Source: a virus
Lineage: Duplodnaviria; Heunggongvirae; Uroviricota; Caudoviricetes
Length of the DNA stretch: 60,487 nt
Direction: 5' to 3' (one strand)
IMG/VR virus record: IMGVR_UViG_3300018481_000002
Span: 87,199 to 147,685 of that record
Part shown: in pieces, positions 55,204 through 60,487 of the stretch
Numbering within the stretch: position 1 is the first letter of the stretch
Layout: each line of letters begins with the position of its first letter
The notes under the pieces: generated by a model
What the model was told of the DNA's origin: nothing
Seen by the model: the letters and a program-made list of their open reading frames with translations, nothing else
Databases searched by the model: none
Position numbers and translations under genes: made by a program

Positions 55204-55354
55204 AAGCACACCGGTCACTGGGGTCTCTCGTGTATCAAAGGCCGGTACTCACCAAGGGATGATCTTCGGGCGCGCCAACGCCCAGTTAGGCCTTACAACC
55301 TATGCCGCTATCACTTAACGCACGTCTGTCGGTGCCTCCTGGCAGAGTCCAGCC

Positions 55355-55507
55355 ATGCTGACCAAGTGGGGCAGACGGATCGTGTGTCACGGCTCGATCA
55401 TCTGCTGCCAGTACGTCGACAGCCCGCAGTGCAACAGCGGTTACCGTGACCCGCACTGGTTGGGCCGTTGGTACTGGAACAAGTACGTCGCGGACCGTGA
55501 CTCCTGA
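55355..55507 (+). CDS. Small Cys/Trp-rich protein (50 aa)
   Basis: Read manually: MLTKWGRRIVCHGSIICCQYVDSPQC...; TGATG-coupled to the nuclease. Confidence 0.55.
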   Translation: MLTKWGRRIVCHGSIICCQYVDSPQCNSGYRDPHWLGRWYWNKYVADRDS

Positions 55508-56307
55508 TGCAGGTACGCCAGAGCGACCTCAAAACGTGGATGAAGTGTCCACTGCAGTACCGCTACCGGCACATCGATGGACTCCAGGAGGAGCAGGCTG
55601 GGTCTTCGATCTTCGGGTCGATCATCCACGACTGCGTTCTGTACATGGAGGAGAACGCCGACCTCCCAGGAGCTATCGAGAGGTTCAAGAAGTTCTGGCT
55701 CGACCCTTCGGAACTTGATCCGACGTACCGCGTTGACTACTACGTGCGTGGGACCAACTGGAAGAAGTTCATGGAGGATGGGCCCCGCGTACTCACTGAC
55801 TGGTGGTCGGTCATCTCCTGGGAGACGGACCTGGTACTTGCCAGGGAGCACACGTTTGATGTGCCCATCGGAAATGGACACACGTTGCATGGCACTGTCG
55901 ACAAGTTGGTGGTCCGCTACAGGGCCAAGACCGACGAGAACGTGCTGCTGATCTCCGACTACAAAACCAACAAGAAGACACCTACTTACGACTACCTCGA
56001 AGAAGACCTTCAGTTCTCGGCGTACGCCTACGCATCTACACGGCCCGAGTTCTGGACCGGGCTCCACCCAGGGGCGTTCGAGAAGTACCAAGACCTACCG
56101 CGCTACGGGGAGTGGGTCCAGTTGACCGTTCCCAGGCGGATGGACGCTGGGATCCGTTCCGAGCGGCACTACAACCGGTTGACCATGGCGGTGAACGCTC
56201 TCGCTGACTCTGTCGCGATGCGGATCTTCGTCCCGAACATCTCCGGTGAGAGCTGCCGGTACTGCGAGTTCCGCAAGCAGTGCGGGCTCCCCGAGTTGAT
56301 GGACTAG
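55507..56307 (+). CDS. PD-(D/E)XK RecB/Cas4-like exonuclease
   Basis: CPLQY, GSIIH, GTVDKL, ISDYKT, QFSAY and CRYCEFRKQC. Confidence 0.88.
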   Translation: MQVRQSDLKTWMKCPLQYRYRHIDGLQEEQAGSSIFGSIIHDCVLYMEENADLPGAIERFKKFWLDPSELDPTYRVDYYVRGTNWKKFMEDGPRVLTDWWSVISWETDLVLAREHTFDVPIGNGHTLHGTVDKLVVRYRAKTDENVLLISDYKTNKKTPTYDYLEEDLQFSAYAYASTRPEFWTGLHPGAFEKYQDLPRYGEWVQLTVPRRMDAGIRSERHYNRLTMAVNALADSVAMRIFVPNISGESCRYCEFRKQCGLPELMD

Positions 56308-56322
56308 AAGAAGGAGACGAAA

Positions 56323-57897
56323 GTGACAGGCAATCTGTTCAAGCGGACGGGAGCGGAAGACTTCCCGACCAAGCTGAAGGTGATGGTCTCCGGACCACCG
56401 AAGTCCGGGAAGACGACCCTGCTGGGCACCATCCCGAACCTCATCGTTTTGGACACCGAGCCAAACGCCAACAACCTGGCGTCCATCGCTCACCTCGACG
56501 TGCCCTACGTGACGATCACCAACACCGACGACCTCCGTCAGGTCGCGTTCATGCTCAAGGACCCCACGCTGCGCAAGCAGGTCGCTGCACAGTACGGGTG
56601 GACTGACGTGGGTGGTGTCGCCATCGACACTCTGGACTCACTCCAGAAGATCATGAAGGTCGAACGCATGAAGGAGCAGCGTTCCACCACGTTCGCCCGC
56701 GACGACTGGGGTTGGCTGAAGACCGAGATGGAAGCCATCGTGGAGATGTTCACGTCGCTCCCGATGCACACCATCTTCACGATGCACACCAAGACCAAGG
56801 AGATGGGCAAGGGCGACGACTCCTACACCATCGTCCTCCCAGGGCTGGAAGGCTCCATCGCAGAGTCCATCGCGGGCATGGTGGGGTACTCGATGCTGGC
56901 GTACCGCGACGAGCAGATCGCCGCTGACGGCAGCAAGTACACGGCGTACTGGTTGCAAACCGAAGGCGACGCAACGCACGACTTCCTCGGTACCCGTACC
57001 GCTGGTCGTCTGCCGACCATCATCGAGCCCAACATGAAGACCCTGTACGACGCAGTTATGGCCGGGCGTCCGAAGAAGGCAGCCATCCCGGTTGATGACG
57101 TGCCGCTGCCCGACGCGACCGAGGAAGTGGCCCAGAGTCCGGGCCAACCTGACGAGCCCATGGAGGCCCTGGAGGCGTCCGTTGCGGTCATGACTGAGGC
57201 TCCTGTTGCCAAGCCTGCTGACGAAGAGCCGGTCAACCTGGCGGCCATGACTCACGTGAAGAAGGTCTACGACGCGATCGGCCAGGCCTTCCCCGAGGAG
57301 AAGGTCCAGGCGATGAAGATCGGCGCTGCCAGGGAGCTTGTGAAGGTCTGGCGGGCTATCCAGCAGGACTCCGCCGAGGGCAAGACGCAGGACCCGAACA
57401 GCGAGATGCTCGCGTACCTGAACGGGCTCGATCTCCTTGCTGAGCAGGGTGTTGAGAAGGAAACGGCCCCGACGGCCGCCACTCCCTCTCTTGACGGGAC
57501 CATCGACGCTGTTCGTGCCTACGTTGGTGACGATCTCACGCTCGCGCAGGAGGCATACGAGAAGGAACTGGCACGCGAGAAGCCTCGAAGTTCTTTGATC
57601 ACGTGGTTGGAAAACATGGGCGTGAAGGTTCAGACGTCCGTCGAAACCACTGGTCCAGAACAGCCTGTCGAGACAGTTACTCAGCCCAGTGGGACTGCCG
57701 ATGCAGAACCCACTGAGGAGCAGGCTGTCGAGACACTGAAGGAGACCCTCGGAGCGGAACGGATCATCGAGAAGGATGTGACGCCATGCGAGGCATGTGG
57801 GGACCCAATCGATGATGAAGATCTTGCTCAGCTGGGCCTGAAGAGGTTCGACAAGGTCTACTGCGTCAAGGACTACCTGGCGCAGATCAGGAAGTAG
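56323..57897 (+). CDS. AAA_24 / Sak4-like ATPase (recombinase) with extended C-terminus
   Basis: Walker A GPPKSGKT, Walker B VAIDT, DDWG; C-terminal CEAC...C Zn motif. Confidence 0.82.
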   Translation: MTGNLFKRTGAEDFPTKLKVMVSGPPKSGKTTLLGTIPNLIVLDTEPNANNLASIAHLDVPYVTITNTDDLRQVAFMLKDPTLRKQVAAQYGWTDVGGVAIDTLDSLQKIMKVERMKEQRSTTFARDDWGWLKTEMEAIVEMFTSLPMHTIFTMHTKTKEMGKGDDSYTIVLPGLEGSIAESIAGMVGYSMLAYRDEQIAADGSKYTAYWLQTEGDATHDFLGTRTAGRLPTIIEPNMKTLYDAVMAGRPKKAAIPVDDVPLPDATEEVAQSPGQPDEPMEALEASVAVMTEAPVAKPADEEPVNLAAMTHVKKVYDAIGQAFPEEKVQAMKIGAARELVKVWRAIQQDSAEGKTQDPNSEMLAYLNGLDLLAEQGVEKETAPTAATPSLDGTIDAVRAYVGDDLTLAQEAYEKELAREKPRSSLITWLENMGVKVQTSVETTGPEQPVETVTQPSGTADAEPTEEQAVETLKETLGAERIIEKDVTPCEACGDPIDDEDLAQLGLKRFDKVYCVKDYLAQIRK

Positions 57898-57930
57898 ACA
57901 GCGCTCACTCACTGGAACAGGAGACGATTC

Positions 57931-58467
57931 ATGGCAAAGATCACCTTGGAAGAGCAGCCGGATTTTCTGGTCTTCCCGCCCGACACCATCCTTGAACTCA
58001 AGATCGAGGAGTGCAGTGTGCAGACCTTCACCGGTCCGCGCGGGCCGTTTGACAAGCTGGCATTCAAGTTCAAGATCCTCGGGATCCAGGCTGTAGGGGA
58101 CGGATCCCCGGTCGAGAAGTACGAGGAGATGATCACCGAAACCATCTTCGGTTCGGTGCCCTTCAAGTTCACCGACAACCCCGAGAACCGCCTACGTCAG
58201 TGGGCGGAGGCCATCTTCCGTCAGGAGCTGGCGGTCGGGTTCGAACTGGACACGGATCTGTTTGAGGGCCGCACTGTTCGTGGCCTGACGAGCACCTACA
58301 TCCCCAAGGCCAGGGCAGGCGAGACTAGCCGTGGTCCTCGGCATCAGGTGGAGAGCCTGCTGCCCATCGGGAAGGTGCAACTGTCCGCACAGGTGCCTGA
58401 GGCACCGCCTGTCGCGGTCGGGGCGAACCCGTGGGGCGACAACCAGGCTGAAGAGCCGCCCTTCTGA
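57931..58467 (+). CDS. Single-stranded DNA-binding protein (putative)
   Basis: OB-like beta pattern; acidic tail NPWGDNQAEEPPF; follows the recombinase. Confidence 0.7.
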   Translation: MAKITLEEQPDFLVFPPDTILELKIEECSVQTFTGPRGPFDKLAFKFKILGIQAVGDGSPVEKYEEMITETIFGSVPFKFTDNPENRLRQWAEAIFRQELAVGFELDTDLFEGRTVRGLTSTYIPKARAGETSRGPRHQVESLLPIGKVQLSAQVPEAPPVAVGANPWGDNQAEEPPF

Positions 58468-58475
58468 GCAGTACG

Positions 58476-58510
58476 GAGGCCCCAGCGCGCCAACGCCGGG
58501 GCCTCCTGCC
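58476..58510 (+). terminator. Terminator-like hairpin
   Basis: GGAGGCCCC...GGGGCCTCC. Confidence 0.55.
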
Positions 58511-58615
58511 ACTCATCCATGCCGCTACCACTTAGACGGAGGAATCAGTGTCAAACCAAGTGAATCCGAACATTGCCTTCGGCGCAACCTCACTCAACAA
58601 GTTTGGTGAGGTCTG

Positions 58616-60487
58616 ATGGCCAAGCTTCGGCTGGTCACAGCACCCAAGCCAAACTCCAAGGTCGCCACTCACCGTGCTTCCGCGACAGAAGGCGAAGCCG
58701 CCTACAAACTCCTTGAGAACCAAGGCTTCACCATCCGTGGACCCAAGAACAAGCAGTACGAACTCCGTTGCCCCTTCCACGAGGGACCCGGATCTCTGGA
58801 ACCTCGCAAGAGTCCTAACTTCTACATGAACGCTGAGACATCCGTCTACTTCTGCCAGTCCGCATCATGTGGTGAAAAGGGCAACCTCCAGACCCTAGAG
58901 CGGTTCTTCGGCATCGACTTCGATGACGACGCATGGAAGGTCCAGTTTCGTGACCGCGAGTCACGACTGAAGGAGTACGAACTCAACCTCACCAAGGCTC
59001 TCCGTCAACCCTTCTACGACCACGGCCTCACCGACACCACCATCGAACGGTTCCGTCTCGGCTACTGGCCAGAGCACACCAACGACGCTGGCCGTACCGT
59101 CCCAGGGCGCTACGTCATCCCCTACCTTGAGAACAGGCGTCCAAAGTTCTTCAGGTTCTACAGCCCTGACGGAGACCCTCGCTTCAAGTACACCTGGGAA
59201 GACGGTGCAGAGGGGACCCTCTTCAACCCTGGTGACGCCATGGGTGACCCGCAGTTCGGCATCTCTGTCCTCTGCGAGGGTGAGCAGAAGGCCATGCTCC
59301 TCACCCAGATGGGCTACGCAGCAGTGGCTGTGCCCGGCGCGAGCCAGTGGAAGGACGAGTACCAGGCAGCGTTCACCCACGCCAAGCGGATCGTGGTCTG
59401 CTACGACAACGACAACCCTGAACACCCGTCCAATAACTACGACAAGCCTGACCGCAAGTGCGTCAAGTGCTCTGGTCGTGGACTCCCAGCCTGCATCGGA
59501 CACAACCCCGGCCAGGAAGCAGCCCTGAAGCGTGTCGAGCAGCTCGGCTGGAGGGCCAAGAACGTCGTCCTCCCGCTCCCCGACGAAGACACCAAGAAGA
59601 CAGACGTCAACGAGTACTTCGTCAGGGACAACCACTCAGGAACTGACTTCGCTGAGCTGGCAACCGGGAAGCGTCAGACACCGTTCAAGGTGCTGTCGCT
59701 GGGTGAGATCATCGCGAACCCACCTGAAGATACCGAGTTCATCATCGAGGATGGGATCCTCTCCAGAGGTGGACGGCTCCTCATCGCAGGGAAGCCGAAG
59801 GTTGGCAAGAGCATCCTGGTCAACAACCTGGCCTTGTCGCTGTCCTCAGGGAAGAGGTTCCTCTCCGCTGGGTCGTTCAAGGGCTTCACTGTGGAGTCTC
59901 CGACCCGCACACTGCTGTTGGACAGGGAGCTGTCGAAGAACTCTCTCTTGAAGCGGCTCCAGGGCCTCATCGCTGACAAGCCCGGGTACGCCGCCGCCGA
60001 AGAGAACCTGCTGATCGACCACGACCACCTGATCCGTCTCGACCAGCCGAACGCCTACGAGACGCTGATCCAGTTGATCGAGCAGAACGGTGCAGAGGTC
60101 TGCATCCTCGACACCGCCTACAAGTTCTTCGGAGACGTGGAGGGATCCTCTTCGCTGAAGAAGGGGTTCGACGTGTTGGACAAGATCATCCACGAAACTG
60201 GATGCTCGTTCGTTCTCACACACCACATCAAGAAGTCCCAGGGCTCCAGTGGTGGCCGCCAGGCCGCCGACTACGCCGACCCTGACAACGTGGCTGGGTC
60301 GTTCCTCTGGACTGGTTGGCCGAACGCCACGATCCTGATCAACTTCCTGAACCGCAGCGTGGAAAACCCGTTCAACGCGGTCGCTACCTTCACGGCCTTC
60401 CGTGACGCTGCACCGCCCGAGCCGGTGATCCTGCACCGCGACCGGACTTCCATCTCCTACACCGCCATCGAGACGTTCTCTCACGAA
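58616..60487 (+). CDS. Primase-helicase fusion, 3'-truncated by window edge
   Basis: Translated manually (absent from the ORF track because there is no stop): Zn finger CPFH, TOPRIM LCEGE/YDND, Walker A GKPKVGKS, Walker B ILDT, THH (AAA_25/RepA-like SF4 helicase). Confidence 0.9.
   Translation, partial: MAKLRLVTAPKPNSKVATHRASATEGEAAYKLLENQGFTIRGPKNKQYELRCPFHEGPGSLEPRKSPNFYMNAETSVYFCQSASCGEKGNLQTLERFFGIDFDDDAWKVQFRDRESRLKEYELNLTKALRQPFYDHGLTDTTIERFRLGYWPEHTNDAGRTVPGRYVIPYLENRRPKFFRFYSPDGDPRFKYTWEDGAEGTLFNPGDAMGDPQFGISVLCEGEQKAMLLTQMGYAAVAVPGASQWKDEYQAAFTHAKRIVVCYDNDNPEHPSNNYDKPDRKCVKCSGRGLPACIGHNPGQEAALKRVEQLGWRAKNVVLPLPDEDTKKTDVNEYFVRDNHSGTDFAELATGKRQTPFKVLSLGEIIANPPEDTEFIIEDGILSRGGRLLIAGKPKVGKSILVNNLALSLSSGKRFLSAGSFKGFTVESPTRTLLLDRELSKNSLLKRLQGLIADKPGYAAAEENLLIDHDHLIRLDQPNAYETLIQLIEQNGAEVCILDTAYKFFGDVEGSSSLKKGFDVLDKIIHETGCSFVLTHHIKKSQGSSGGRQAADYADPDNVAGSFLWTGWPNATILINFLNRSVENPFNAVATFTAFRDAAPPEPVILHRDRTSISYTAIETFSHE

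Noticed and set aside
55507-56307. Cas4 as the adaptation partner of the RAMP system
   Set aside because: It lies 35 kb away in a standard exonuclease-Sak4-SSB recombination module; such nucleases are common in phages, and nothing links it to the arrays

Overview
60.5 kb segment of a high-GC tailed dsDNA phage with siphovirus-like architecture. An Actinomycetota host is inferred from a WhiG-type sigma factor, a GPGG membrane protein, a host-like tRNA-fMet, an M15 lysin and an actinophage-type holin. Order: accessory and regulatory genes (EEP hydrolase, degenerate tRNA, WhiG/FliA sigma, LexA-DBD-only protein, RusA); packaging and head (TerL, portal, protease, scaffold, MCP); a 3.2 kb RNA-rich island (19.6-22.8 kb); neck and tail (MTP, frameshifted chaperones, 3078-aa tape measure, minor tail proteins); lysis; a possible origin; and recombination/replication genes (Cas4-like nuclease, AAA_24, SSB, primase-helicase running off the end). 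No integrase or CRISPR array is seen. The standout is a non-CRISPR RAMP/Cas7-like gene (20463-21044) with five non-coding GGY-NN pentamer arrays (about 80 units), mostly with their own promoters or terminators, which look like programmable guide RNAs. Other highlights: a 79-nt tmRNA tRNA-like domain with no tag ORF; a sigma28-type promoter motif (TTCATT-N14-GYCGATG) in front of the late operons, matching the phage WhiG; and SOS-like boxes over early and guide promoters, paired with a LexA lacking its peptidase domain. All calls come from reading motifs by eye; no database searches were run.
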